From contig DHPK01000010.1 of NCBI GenBank assembly GCA_002407845.1, positions 44,837-108,836 on the forward strand: 64,000 nucleotides of DNA. The letters run 5' to 3'. The notes beneath the pieces are model-generated. The model worked only from the letters and a program-made list of their open reading frames with translations. It did not search any database and was not told where the DNA came from. This document shows, in pieces, positions 38,763-49,267 of the stretch (positions are counted from its first letter, which is position 1; each line of letters opens with the position of its first letter). This stretch comes from Leptolinea sp. UBA5366. GTDB lineage: Bacteria > Chloroflexota > Anaerolineae > Anaerolineales > Anaerolineaceae. Made by a program: the position numbers and the translations under genes.

Positions 38763-41468
38763 TTATGAACCTAACAAATCGGTGGAAATTCTATTTAGTC
38801 GATCACTTTGAGTTTTCCATATAGACAGATCATTAATAGAATAACTATTCCCTCCGATAATCAAGTTAGGATTGTAGTATGGGTCAATAAATATAGGATT
38901 ACCAAACCATTTATGCCTTAATAGTTGAATTTCGTTAGCAAGCCGATCTTTCTTTTGGTAAGTGTCTTCATATCCACGAGTCTTTGATTCAAAATGATAA
39001 AGTTCGGCGAATGGGGTCCAAATATTTAAATATCCATTCTGAATTGATTTCAGACAAATATCAACATCTCCAAAAGCTAAGACGAAAATCTCATCGAACC
39101 CACCAATTTTATCGAAAACTTCTTTTCGAATCATAAAACAAGCACCAGTAAGAGCCGTAACATTACGGACTGCTTGTAAAGAAAGCCCATATCCAAATGA
39201 TTCACGCGGTTCGTGTAAATATAAATGCCAGGGAATTCCGTCATACCCGATACTTACTCCTGCGTGTTGAATAGTGTTATCCGGATAATATAATTTAGCT
39301 CCTACAAATCCAATCTCAGGTCGTAATGCATGTTGAAGCATCTCTTCTATCCAAGTAGAACTTATTACTTCTGTGTCATTATTAAGAAATAATAGAACTT
39401 GTCCTTTAGCGTGTTTCGCAGCAAGATTATTAATTCTAGAATAATTGAACGGATCATTGTTGAATAGAATACTAATCTTTTTGTCTTTATCAAGTTCAGA
39501 ATAAAGGTTGAAAGTACTTTGATCTGTGGAGTTATTTTCAACAATAATTATTTCATAATTTGAATATGTTGATATATTTATTATTGATTCAACGCATTGT
39601 AATAAATCATTCGTGTGATCACAGTTGGGAATAATGATCGAAATTAAAGGTTTTTGAGTTATCTCAAGAACAACTCTGTATGATGTTGGTACTGGGCCTT
39701 CAATGACTTGACCAGCAAGTTTGTTCCTTTGTAAATGTTCCTTAACAGCTTTTATACCGGATTCTGTCGCATATCCTTTAGCATCAATCGATTGTGCTGT
39801 TGACCCCTTTATTGTTCTCCAATGGTATAAAATCTGAGGAATATGGACAATTGACCTTGCCTTTTCTGTGACGCGTAAAACTAGATCAAAATCCTGAGCA
39901 CCTTCGAACCCATGGCGAATCCAACCCAATTTGTCACCTAATGTTTTCCGGACAACAACTAAATGACAAATATAGTTTATTGCTCGGAGATAATCTGGTG
40001 AAAAAGCTGGTTTGAAAAAGGGGTTGTTACGGTTTTTACTATCTGCGCTAATTTTATCCTCATCAGAATAAAGTAGGTCCGCAGAAGGTTCTTCATTTAT
40101 TGCATTAACAATTGCATACAGAGCAAAAGGTGCAAGAGTATCATCATGATCAAGAAATCCAACAAACTCACCTGTAGCCATGGCGATTGCTGCATTTGTA
40201 TTTCCAGCAATCCCTTCATTGCCATCCAGATTCTTGTATAAGATTTTGTTTTCGTGGTTTGTTTTATATGATTCTAATACAGCATTAATCTCTTGATTAT
40301 CCGGACTCCCATTGGCAATGCATATTTGCCATCGGGGATAAGTTTGGATTATTACAGAGTTTAGTGCTTCTTTAAGTATATGGATCGGTGTGTTATAAAC
40401 GGGGATAATGATGCTGATTAATGGTTGGTAGGCAAAAGAAGAGGAAATAATCCGTTGTTTTTCAAGCTCCTTATCTGTAGGCTCATTATTGTTGATCCAT
40501 TTATAATATTTGTTTTTTTTCGCTGTTTTGTTGGTGAATACTCCTTTAATTTTACTAACGAAGTTTCTTTGTATACTTCCAATTGGGAAAACTCTGCGAA
40601 AAGGTTTTCCAATTAGTGTGCCAATTTTCCAAGTTTCACTATTATATATTTCGTCAATTTGGATTTCTTTCTTATAAAGAGAAATATTATTAAGTACTAT
40701 TGTTTCTTCTAAACGACCAATTTCCTGTTCTTTTTTTGAATCACCTTGCGTATTTTCTAATCTTTCTCCCAAAATATTAAAAAGGGTAGATATTCCCGAA
40801 TGATTTTTTGCCGTATTAATAAAATCTATGAATACTCTTGGTGCTTTTTCCCCAACAGTTAAAATACCTAATCCATTTCCATGTCTAAATTCGTACGATG
40901 GGTAAGTAGGAGATAACTCTTTCCACAATTTCCATACTCCAAATTCTCCCTCCAGAACATTTGTGTCGTGAAAAATAACAACAGCTCGTTCACTCAATTT
41001 GGGTTTCCAAGTTTCGAAATCATGCTTCACCGATTCATAATTATGGCACCCATCTATGTGAAGTAAATCAATTGACCCATCTTCAAACTTGTGAACAGAA
41101 TTATCAAAAGTTGAGCGTAGTAAAGTAGAAATATTTGAAAAATGTTTTGTATTAAAATCTAATAGGTCTTGGTAAATCTCTTTACCGTAATATCCCGTTT
41201 GTACATCGCCTTCCCAAGTGTCAATTGCGAATGCTTTTGTATCAAGTTGGAGAGCTTTTATTGCCTGACAAAATGCACAGAAAGAGACTCCAGAATGTGT
41301 TCCAAGTTCTACAAAAATTTTTGGCTGCAAAATTTCTATTAAGAAAAAAGCAAAAGGAATATGCTGTATCCATGCGCTTGAATTTAGTAACCGTTTAGGT
41401 TTAGAAAAAATAATTGGATGGTCTATGGGATTAAATCTTTTATTTTCGATAAACGCCATAAAGATCAC
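38763..41468 (-). CDS. Methyltransferase (Methyltransf_24) + short coiled coil + tandem GT2 domains (WsaE-like rhamnan polymerase/capping enzyme)
   Basis: VELGTHSG, LLHIDGCHNY, FHD; then ISIIIPVYN..FLDHDD..YSDED and ISIIIPN..LNND..DVD..HFESKTRG. Confidence 0.88.
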   Translation of the reverse strand: MIFMAFIENKRFNPIDHPIIFSKPKRLLNSSAWIQHIPFAFFLIEILQPKIFVELGTHSGVSFCAFCQAIKALQLDTKAFAIDTWEGDVQTGYYGKEIYQDLLDFNTKHFSNISTLLRSTFDNSVHKFEDGSIDLLHIDGCHNYESVKHDFETWKPKLSERAVVIFHDTNVLEGEFGVWKLWKELSPTYPSYEFRHGNGLGILTVGEKAPRVFIDFINTAKNHSGISTLFNILGERLENTQGDSKKEQEIGRLEETIVLNNISLYKKEIQIDEIYNSETWKIGTLIGKPFRRVFPIGSIQRNFVSKIKGVFTNKTAKKNKYYKWINNNEPTDKELEKQRIISSSFAYQPLISIIIPVYNTPIHILKEALNSVIIQTYPRWQICIANGSPDNQEINAVLESYKTNHENKILYKNLDGNEGIAGNTNAAIAMATGEFVGFLDHDDTLAPFALYAIVNAINEEPSADLLYSDEDKISADSKNRNNPFFKPAFSPDYLRAINYICHLVVVRKTLGDKLGWIRHGFEGAQDFDLVLRVTEKARSIVHIPQILYHWRTIKGSTAQSIDAKGYATESGIKAVKEHLQRNKLAGQVIEGPVPTSYRVVLEITQKPLISIIIPNCDHTNDLLQCVESIINISTYSNYEIIIVENNSTDQSTFNLYSELDKDKKISILFNNDPFNYSRINNLAAKHAKGQVLLFLNNDTEVISSTWIEEMLQHALRPEIGFVGAKLYYPDNTIQHAGVSIGYDGIPWHLYLHEPRESFGYGLSLQAVRNVTALTGACFMIRKEVFDKIGGFDEIFVLAFGDVDICLKSIQNGYLNIWTPFAELYHFESKTRGYEDTYQKKDRLANEIQLLRHKWFGNPIFIDPYYNPNLIIGGNSYSINDLSIWKTQSDRLNRISTDLLGS

Positions 41469-42364
41469 ACTTCCAAATTATTAATCTGTTGTTTTATCCA
41501 ATTTGACACGTTAGTTCTACACGATTGTTTGATTTTTCCGCAATCCAGCGCCGTATACATCGGTCTTTCAGCAGGCGTCGGGAAATCCGCGGAATTCGCT
41601 CGTTGAATTTCTTTCAATTTTAGCATATCGCGGTTTGGCGCTAATTCCCAGATCTTCTGTGCCCAGTCATAACGGCTGGCTTCTCCAGCGCTGGTCAGAT
41701 GGTAAACGCCATTCTTCTCCCGCACCCAATCATACAAAGATAATCCGGAGGGCATTGCTTGAGCCAACACGCTGGCAGTTGCCTCGGCCACAAAGCGCGC
41801 CCAGGTTGGGTTGCCGATCTGATCGTCCACTATCCGCACTGTCTCGTATTTTGCCGCCCACTCCAAAAATTTGGTGACGAAATTATTCCCGCGTGCGGAA
41901 TAAAGCCACGCTAGTCGGAAGATCAGTGCGGAATCAGTCTCTGCCTGAATCGACTCTTCCCCCTTCAATTTACTCAGCCCATAGACGTTTATCGGGTTCG
42001 GCTTGTCTGTCTCAACGTAGGGCGTGCGTTTGGACCCATCAAAAACAAAATCGGTTGAATAATGGATCAGCAGAAACCGTCGTCGGTTGCATTCCCGTGC
42101 CAGCCAGCCCGGCCCATCCGCGTTGACTGCCATTGCTATCTCTTTTTCAGTCTCTGCCAGATCGACATTTGTGTACGCGCTGGCGTTGATTACCAGCTCG
42201 GGTTTGATTGTGGATAATGTATCGCTGATCTGCGTGCGATTGCTGATATCGAATGCAGGAAAATCAACCGAGATCACTTCCCCAATTGGCATAAGCGTCC
42301 GGATCAGTTCCCATGCAAGTTGTCCCCGTTCTCCGATTAATAATATCTTCAAAATAAACTCCAA
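41465..42364 (-). CDS. rfbD: dTDP-4-dehydrorhamnose reductase
   Basis: GERGQL, AYTNVD.AE, STDFVFDG, YGLSK and DQIGNPT motifs. Confidence 0.95.
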   Translation of the reverse strand: MEFILKILLIGERGQLAWELIRTLMPIGEVISVDFPAFDISNRTQISDTLSTIKPELVINASAYTNVDLAETEKEIAMAVNADGPGWLARECNRRRFLLIHYSTDFVFDGSKRTPYVETDKPNPINVYGLSKLKGEESIQAETDSALIFRLAWLYSARGNNFVTKFLEWAAKYETVRIVDDQIGNPTWARFVAEATASVLAQAMPSGLSLYDWVREKNGVYHLTSAGEASRYDWAQKIWELAPNRDMLKLKEIQRANSADFPTPAERPMYTALDCGKIKQSCRTNVSNWIKQQINNLEV

Positions 42365-42388
42365 CGCTCCAGCTAACCAAAACTTCCT

Positions 42389-43264
42389 TTATGATATCTT
42401 ACTTTTCGCAAGTTTTTCTAGATAACGTTTTAGCATTGGATCGCCAGCGTCCCCAGTCAGCGCCAACAGCTGGTCTGCATCGATGAACTTCATGCGGTAA
42501 GCGATTTCCTCTGGACAGCTGACTTGCATGCCTTGCCGGGATTGGATTGCCTGAATAAACATGGATGCCTGTAGCAAACTTTCATGCGTGCCTGCGTCCA
42601 GCCAGGCGATTCCCCTCCCAAGCACCTGAACCTGAAGATTACCCTGATCCAGATAAATCCGGTTCAGGTCAGTAATTTCAAGCTCACCGCGGGCTGAGGG
42701 TTTGAGATTAGCGGCGTACTCCGTTACGGTTTCATCATAAAAATAAATGCCCGGCACGGCGTAATTCGATTTTGGCTGTTTGGGTTTCTCCTCAAGACTA
42801 ATCGCTTTTCCGTTCACATCGAATTCTACAACCCCGTAACGTTCCGGATCATGCACCTCATAAGCAAAAACGACTGCTCCTTCTTTAAGGGCTGCCGCGG
42901 TTCGGAGTTTTTCCGGGATCGCTGCACCATAAAAAATATTGTCACCCAGAACGAGGCAGGCGGAATCGCCGGCGAGAAACTCTTTCCCGATGATGAACGC
43001 CTGCGCAAGTCCTTCCGGTTTTGGTTGTTCGGCGTACTCAAAACGCATGCCCCATTGACTGCCATCTCGGAGGAGTCGATGATAAAGCGGTAAGTCTTCA
43101 GGCGTGCTGATAATCAGGATTTCGCGAATTCCTGCCAACATCAGCATTGAGAGAGGATAATATATCATCGGTTTGTCATATACAGGCAATAGCTGTTTGC
43201 TAACTACGCGAGTCAAGGGGTAAAGTCGAGTACCTTTGCCGCCGGCGAGAATAATTCCTTTCAT
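42389..43264 (-). CDS. rfbA: Glucose-1-phosphate thymidylyltransferase
   Basis: [26 protein letters not shown] and RGELEIT motifs. Confidence 0.97.
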   Translation of the reverse strand: MKGIILAGGKGTRLYPLTRVVSKQLLPVYDKPMIYYPLSMLMLAGIREILIISTPEDLPLYHRLLRDGSQWGMRFEYAEQPKPEGLAQAFIIGKEFLAGDSACLVLGDNIFYGAAIPEKLRTAAALKEGAVVFAYEVHDPERYGVVEFDVNGKAISLEEKPKQPKSNYAVPGIYFYDETVTEYAANLKPSARGELEITDLNRIYLDQGNLQVQVLGRGIAWLDAGTHESLLQASMFIQAIQSRQGMQVSCPEEIAYRMKFIDADQLLALTGDAGDPMLKRYLEKLAKSKIS

Positions 43265-43286
43265 GTATTAATCCTTTCTCAAATTA

Positions 43287-44351
43287 TTATGTACGTTTCT
43301 GGTAATTGGCGTTGATCCAATGAGAAAATTCTGATTTTTCCAATACGGAATCAACCCAGCTTGGGTGATTCAGATACCAATCAACCGTTTCTTCGAGGCC
43401 TGCTTTTAATTCAAAACTCGGCTGCCACCCTAATTCACGCTCAATTTTTGTAATGTCGATATCATAGCGGAAGTCATGCCCGGGTCGATCGGTGACATAT
43501 TGGATTTGGTCCACGTGCGACTTTCCATCAGGTCGTGGAAGTTTCTGATCCAGTATCTGACAGAGAAGCTTGACGATTTCCAAATTCGTTGGCTGATTGT
43601 CTCCGCCTACGCAGTAAGTTTCGCCATTTCTTCCTTTTTTCAGGATCAAATAGATTGCCTCACAATGATCTTCAACGTGTAACCAGTCGCGAATTTGTGC
43701 GCCTTTGCCGTACACCGGTAACGGTTTCCCGGTAATTCCATTAAGGATCATTAGTGGAATCAATTTTTCCGGAAATTGATAGGGACCATAGTTGTTGCTG
43801 CAATTGCTGATCGTAATTGGGAGTCCGTATGTATCATGATAAGCGCGGACGAGATGGTCGCTGGCAGCTTTGGAAGCTGAGTAAGGTGAATGTGGATCAT
43901 ATGCCGTTTTTTCGTCAAATGCCGGATCACCGGGCTGCAGCGCACCAAATACTTCATCTGTGGAGATATGATGAAATCGAAATGGCTCAGGTTTGTCCTG
44001 CCAGGCATTTTTTGCAGCTTCCAATAGAGTAAAAGTGCCAACAATGTTGCTTTGGATAAATGGGGCCGGTCCAAGAATTGAACGATCAACGTGGCTTTCA
44101 GCCGCGAAGTGAACAATTGTGTCGATCTTGTGCTCAGCCATCAGCTTGTCAACCAAACTGCGGTCACAGATATCTCCTTGAACAAAAAGATGATTATTTT
44201 CATTGGGCAGATTGGTCAAATTTTCGAGTTTTCCGGAATAAGTCAGCAGGTCAAGGGTAACGACTTTGCAGTCAGATTCCTTTCGAAGGAGATTGCGGAC
44301 AAAGTTAGACCCGATGAATCCTGCTCCACCCGTAACGAGTACATTTTTCAT
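43287..44351 (-). CDS. rfbB: dTDP-glucose 4,6-dehydratase
   Basis: TGGAGFIGS, AAESHVDRSI, STDEV, YSASK and DRPGHD motifs. Confidence 0.97.
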   Translation of the reverse strand: MKNVLVTGGAGFIGSNFVRNLLRKESDCKVVTLDLLTYSGKLENLTNLPNENNHLFVQGDICDRSLVDKLMAEHKIDTIVHFAAESHVDRSILGPAPFIQSNIVGTFTLLEAAKNAWQDKPEPFRFHHISTDEVFGALQPGDPAFDEKTAYDPHSPYSASKAASDHLVRAYHDTYGLPITISNCSNNYGPYQFPEKLIPLMILNGITGKPLPVYGKGAQIRDWLHVEDHCEAIYLILKKGRNGETYCVGGDNQPTNLEIVKLLCQILDQKLPRPDGKSHVDQIQYVTDRPGHDFRYDIDITKIERELGWQPSFELKAGLEETVDWYLNHPSWVDSVLEKSEFSHWINANYQKRT

Positions 44352-44893
44352 TGATAAACCTCCGCATTTTTAAGTAAAAATCCTTCAGCGTCTTTTTTTG
44401 AAAGAATTGGTTTCGCGCCATGCAATGGCCAGTCAATTGCCAGTTCTGGATCGCTCCACAAAATGGAGCGTTCATAAACCGGAGCATAAAAATCAGTCGC
44501 TTTGTAAACGAATTCCGCTGTTTCACTAAGCACTAAAAATCCATGAGCAAAACCTGGCGGAATCCAGAGTATGTTGAAATTATCGGCGCTGAGCGTTGCT
44601 GAAACCCATTTGCCGAATGTCGGGGATGATTTCCGAAGGTCGACTGCGACGTCAAAAACTTCTCCGGCTATTGCTCGAATCAGTTTTCCCTGAGACTGCT
44701 GAATCTGATAATGCAGTCCGCGCAGTACGCCTTTCGATGAGCGTGAATGATTATCCTGGACAAAATTTAAATTGATCCCGGCTGATGCGAATTTTTCGGC
44801 CTGCCAGCTTTCGAAGAAAAAGCCGCGCGAGTCATGGTGCACGTCTGGTTTGATCAGGACAACGTCCGGAATACTAAGCGGGATAAATTCCAT
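44348..44893 (-). CDS. rfbC: dTDP-4-dehydrorhamnose 3,5-epimerase
   Basis: DSRGFF, QDNHSRS.KGVLRGLHYQ and GFAHGF motifs. Confidence 0.97.
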   Translation of the reverse strand: MEFIPLSIPDVVLIKPDVHHDSRGFFFESWQAEKFASAGINLNFVQDNHSRSSKGVLRGLHYQIQQSQGKLIRAIAGEVFDVAVDLRKSSPTFGKWVSATLSADNFNILWIPPGFAHGFLVLSETAEFVYKATDFYAPVYERSILWSDPELAIDWPLHGAKPILSKKDAEGFLLKNAEVYQ

Positions 44894-44927
44894 TTGGATC
44901 CTTGGTCATTATAAATTGTCTTTGTCT

Positions 44928-46694
44928 CTATTTTATTCGATCTTTGTAGAAATGATCGAAACGAAGCGCGGGCGAAAAAAAGGGATCAAAATTTTGGAAA
45001 GTGGCTGGCCATTTTTTTTTCAAGAAATTAAAATAGGCCTTATTCGTTTTTCTCTGCTCCTTGGTAATAGTTTGTCCGCGAGTCTTTGATTCATGGTGAA
45101 TCAATTTAGCTTGGGGAATTCCCAGATTAATATTACCCTTCGAATAAAGATTCAGACATAGTTCAACATCGTTGAAAGACATTGGCAATGCAGGATCAAA
45201 TCCGCCAACAGCCATAAATTTTACTCGTTCAATCATCAGACACGCACCAGTCACCGCAATCACCGCATTCGTCTTTCTCGTCCATCCATAATATCCAGGC
45301 AATTCCGCTGGCATCCACTCAGCAATATGAAAAAAGAATTGGTCTGAAATTTTTCCGAGGCCAATGCCGACATGTTGAATCGTTTTGTCGGGGAATAAAA
45401 GTTTTGCGCCAACTGCACCGACGTCAGGCTGTTGAGCAAGCCCGATCATTTCTTGAAGCCAATCCGGACTAATCACTTCGGTGTCATTGTTGAGAAATAC
45501 GAAGATGTCTCCTTGTGCCTGTTCAGCTGCCCAATTGTTTATCGCTGAGTAATTGAACTCATCAGGCCAATAGAGGACTTTCCCTGGAAAGTCTAGGTCT
45601 TTTTGCAACGACTGATAATATTCGAAAATTGAATCTTCATCACTGTTATTTTCTACAATTAAAATTTCATAGTTCTCCCAATCTGTTTTCTCCCGAATTG
45701 AATCAACACAACGTTTTAATAGATTGGTCTGGTTGCAATTGGGAATCAGTATTGAGACAAGTGATTCATTCCGCGGGATATACCGAACCCGAAAACTGTC
45801 GATGTAATTGTTCGGCAGAACTTCTGTTTTTACTTTTCGACGTGCTAAATGGGATTGAAGAGCTAATCGATCTTGAACTTCGGGTTCCCACAAAGTATTT
45901 TCGGATATCGCGGCAGGGCGTAGCGCTTGATTATGATACAGGACCTGCGGGATATGGTAAATTTTTGGTTCAGCGTCTGCCAATCGAAGCGCAAAATCAT
46001 ACCATGGGACTTTCGCATCCGAATTGTATCCAAACCAACCAATTTCATCTCCCAGGTTTTTCTTTACAATCAAAAAATGGCGTAAATAATTGGCGCTGCG
46101 GAGGTTGTAGATGTTGAATTCTGGCTTGAGCCAAGGATCGGTTCGTTTCCCATTTGGCTTTAAATGATCCTCATCTGTGTAAAATACAGATATGTCAGGC
46201 TGCTCAGCAATCGACTGATTAACAACTTGGCTGGCCAATCGCGTTAGCCGGTCTCCCGGTTCAAGAAATCCAATATAGCTCGCCTCACTGGCAAAAAGAA
46301 GCGTGTTGATTTCTTCTGTTTTTTTGTATGGGACGACGATGATATTATCTTGCAGTTCAATACCGACAATCGCGGTTACGTCCGCAGAAAAAGCATCAGG
46401 CGTTGCAATGATCCAACAGGGAACTTTTTGGGTTTGATTTCGGACGGATTCGATTGTTTGGGAAAGTTTTTCGATTTCATCGAGCCGGAGAATCGGAGTG
46501 AATAGCGTTAACTTGGTTGGTATATTCGTATCAATGTTTGATGTTAATTGACTGACAAAGGGAGACTCCTGTGTCCGAATCCAATTGCCATAGGAATTTT
46601 CATATCGACGCCAGGTGCAATCATAAACAGGTTTTAGGATTTTTTTGAATGGTTGTATGAAAGGCGCTTTTTTAAGCAGATTAGGGAAACTCAT
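44928..46694 (-). CDS. GT2 glycosyltransferase (tandem GT2; first domain appears degenerate), probable rhamnosyltransferase
   Basis: YTDED, VSILIPN, LNNDTEV, AVTGACL, NDVE and HHESKTRG; the first domain has FLEPGD in place of FLDHDD. Confidence 0.88.
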   Translation of the reverse strand: MSFPNLLKKAPFIQPFKKILKPVYDCTWRRYENSYGNWIRTQESPFVSQLTSNIDTNIPTKLTLFTPILRLDEIEKLSQTIESVRNQTQKVPCWIIATPDAFSADVTAIVGIELQDNIIVVPYKKTEEINTLLFASEASYIGFLEPGDRLTRLASQVVNQSIAEQPDISVFYTDEDHLKPNGKRTDPWLKPEFNIYNLRSANYLRHFLIVKKNLGDEIGWFGYNSDAKVPWYDFALRLADAEPKIYHIPQVLYHNQALRPAAISENTLWEPEVQDRLALQSHLARRKVKTEVLPNNYIDSFRVRYIPRNESLVSILIPNCNQTNLLKRCVDSIREKTDWENYEILIVENNSDEDSIFEYYQSLQKDLDFPGKVLYWPDEFNYSAINNWAAEQAQGDIFVFLNNDTEVISPDWLQEMIGLAQQPDVGAVGAKLLFPDKTIQHVGIGLGKISDQFFFHIAEWMPAELPGYYGWTRKTNAVIAVTGACLMIERVKFMAVGGFDPALPMSFNDVELCLNLYSKGNINLGIPQAKLIHHESKTRGQTITKEQRKTNKAYFNFLKKKWPATFQNFDPFFSPALRFDHFYKDRIK

Positions 46695-46710
46695 ATTTCA
46701 AAAAGAAAAC

Positions 46711-47445
46711 TCAGCTTGCGGCATATGCTTCAGCGACTTCTTCGGCCGATCCGGTCATCTTAATTGTCCCTCCATCCAGCCATAAGCCTTGTTTGCATAT
46801 TTTTTTGACTGATTCTGCACTATGGGAGACAAATACGATCGTCGTGCCATTGTTTAAATAATTTGTCATTCGTTCCATGCATTTATCCTGAAAGTTTTTG
46901 TCACCAACAGACAGAATCTCATCAGCCAGCAGGATGTCCGGCTGAACAGCGGTAGCGGTTGCGAATGCCAACCGTGCGACCATTCCGGAGGAATACGATC
47001 GCAGCGGTGCATGAATAAAATCGCCCAATTCAGAGAAATCAACGATACTATCGTAGAGTTCGGTGATTAGCTGATTACTTAACCCTAAGATATTGCCATA
47101 GAGGTAGATGTTTTCATGACCGGTAAGATCCATCACAAATCCAGCCCCTAGCTCTAGCATCGGGAAAACTTTCCCTCGAATTACGACCCGCCCTTCTTTT
47201 GGGGTCAGGACACGGGCGATCGCTTTTAAGAGAGTGCTTTTGCCTGCACCATTACGACCCATTACACCAAGAGATCCGCCTTGTTCCAAGTTAAAAGTAA
47301 CATGACGCAATGCCCAGAAGGTGTTTATTTGAATTTTCCGTTGGGTTGCTAGAATAAAGAAATCCTTCGTGCTTCTGATTTGCTCAGTTGGAAGGCGAAA
47401 ACTGATACCGAGATTTTCAATTTGGATGGAAGGTTTTTGATTCAT
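46711..47445 (-). CDS. wzt: Glycan ABC exporter ATPase (no C-terminal carbohydrate-binding domain)
   Basis: FWAL, GRNGAGKST, YSSGM and DEILSVGD..FQ.K; 244 aa. Confidence 0.92.
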   Translation of the reverse strand: MNQKPSIQIENLGISFRLPTEQIRSTKDFFILATQRKIQINTFWALRHVTFNLEQGGSLGVMGRNGAGKSTLLKAIARVLTPKEGRVVIRGKVFPMLELGAGFVMDLTGHENIYLYGNILGLSNQLITELYDSIVDFSELGDFIHAPLRSYSSGMVARLAFATATAVQPDILLADEILSVGDKNFQDKCMERMTNYLNNGTTIVFVSHSAESVKKICKQGLWLDGGTIKMTGSAEEVAEAYAAS

Positions 47446-47458
47446 CTAAAGAAATTCC

Positions 47459-48313
47459 TTATGCCCGATAGGAGAATTCGTTTGAATTTTTTGTGAAGAA
47501 CCACCAACCAAATATCAGGAAAAAGATCGCGTAAAAGCCCCCGGCGAACCAAACCTTAAATGGTGAAATATATTGATAAAGTAGCGGTTCCCGGAAAAGC
47601 GTGACGTATGAATACATAGGATTTAATTTGTATAATCCAAGATACTTTGCCGGAACAATTGTTGCGGGATAAAATATCGGGGTCATATACATCCATAAGG
47701 TGATGACGACAGACCAAATCTGTGAAAAATCATTTAAATAGGTTGTGATGGTTGCAACAATCAGGCTGACCCCGACAACAAACATCACCAGCAATAAAAT
47801 CGCAGGGATGATCATCACAATTACCCAGCTGATCTTGAGGTGGTCAATCAAGGCGATCAAGAAAAACGGGATAAAGGTAAGAATTAAATTGATGCCGTTA
47901 ATCCCAATTCCGGAAAGAATATAAATTGTTTTGGGCAGGTACACGCGTCGGAGCATCGGTGCATTACTGATAATTTGAATCATCGCTTCAGACGTTGATT
48001 GCGAAAAGAATGCGAAGAGCATGTTCCCAGACAGGATATATAACGGATAATGCGGGATGTCAAAACGGAATAAATTAGAAAAAATGATTACAAATACGAT
48101 CATATTCAACAAGGGGTTTAAAAGTGACCAGACAACACCCAAATACGAGCGTTTATAACGGGTTTTAAAATTGGTGTAGATCATTCGCCGTAAAATGAAT
48201 AGGTTTTCTTTTAAACCAATAATTTCATCAACAAATGGATTGGTCAGTCTGGCTGAATCGTAAATCGGTTTGTTTACATCATTCTGAATCATTTCTTCGT
48301 TATTTTCATTCAT
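47459..48313 (-). CDS. wzm: Glycan ABC exporter permease
   Basis: FKTRYKRSYLG.VWSLLNPL, TPIFYP and LNP motifs. Confidence 0.92.
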   Translation of the reverse strand: MNENNEEMIQNDVNKPIYDSARLTNPFVDEIIGLKENLFILRRMIYTNFKTRYKRSYLGVVWSLLNPLLNMIVFVIIFSNLFRFDIPHYPLYILSGNMLFAFFSQSTSEAMIQIISNAPMLRRVYLPKTIYILSGIGINGINLILTFIPFFLIALIDHLKISWVIVMIIPAILLLVMFVVGVSLIVATITTYLNDFSQIWSVVITLWMYMTPIFYPATIVPAKYLGLYKLNPMYSYVTLFREPLLYQYISPFKVWFAGGFYAIFFLIFGWWFFTKNSNEFSYRA

Positions 48314-48385
48314 AATTGCTTCAAATTATATTCGGTTTCTTCGGAATTACCTAATCGGTGGTTAATTCAGCCAACTCGCAAGGAA

Positions 48386-49267
48386 TCAATTCAACCCAGT
48401 CAAATCAATCCATTCGATATCCGGATCGGACTCCTTGAACCAGTTTGCTTGCCTACGGACAAAATTCCTGGTGCGTCGTTTGATTAATTCAACGGCTTCT
48501 TCGAGTTCCAAATTCCCGTTTAGGTGATCACAAATTTCGCGATAACCGATAGCGGACATCGCCGGTAAATCTGGCGCGAACCCCTTTCCCATCAATTCCT
48601 TAACTTCATTTAAGAAACCAGCCTGGACCATTTGATCAACGCGTTGATCGATCCGCAGATACAGCTCGGGCCGCTCTCGACGCAGACCGATCACTGTGGC
48701 TTGATACCGGCTTTCACCGATGCTGCGCTGTGCGGAGAATCGTTCGCCGGTCGAAAAAATAACTTCCAACGCTCGCACTGTGCGGCGTTTGTTTTGATAG
48801 TCTATGCCAGCAGCCGCAATTGGATCCAACTTTGACAATTTTTGATGAAGCGCTTCTGTCCCAATTTCTTCTCCCCATCCGGCTAGCGCTTCTCGTAGCG
48901 CTGGATTCGGCGGTAACGCGGGAGGTTCCCAGCCCTGCAGCAGCGCACGGACATATTGACCCGTTCCGCCGACAACGATAACACCCTTTCCCCGTTTATG
49001 GATCGATCGAATGATTTGGTCTGCTTCCTGCTGAAACAAAGCCAGACTCCAGGTTTCGTCCGGATTAGCAACGTCAATTAGATAATGGGGGATGCCGCGC
49101 CGTTCATCCAGTGTTGGTTTGGCTGTTCCAATATCCATCCCACGATAAAAATAACGGGAATCGGCTGATACAATCTCAGCGTTCATCTTTTCAGCCAGAT
49201 CGATTGCGAAGTCTGTTTTTCCGACGGCTGTCGCGCCAACAATAACAGTGATCGGAATTTTATTCAT
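48386..49267 (-). CDS. miaA: tRNA dimethylallyltransferase
   Basis: GATAVGKT, SADSR..YRGMDIGTAKP, VGGTG and AIGY motifs. Confidence 0.96.
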   Translation of the reverse strand: MNKIPITVIVGATAVGKTDFAIDLAEKMNAEIVSADSRYFYRGMDIGTAKPTLDERRGIPHYLIDVANPDETWSLALFQQEADQIIRSIHKRGKGVIVVGGTGQYVRALLQGWEPPALPPNPALREALAGWGEEIGTEALHQKLSKLDPIAAAGIDYQNKRRTVRALEVIFSTGERFSAQRSIGESRYQATVIGLRRERPELYLRIDQRVDQMVQAGFLNEVKELMGKGFAPDLPAMSAIGYREICDHLNGNLELEEAVELIKRRTRNFVRRQANWFKESDPDIEWIDLTGLN

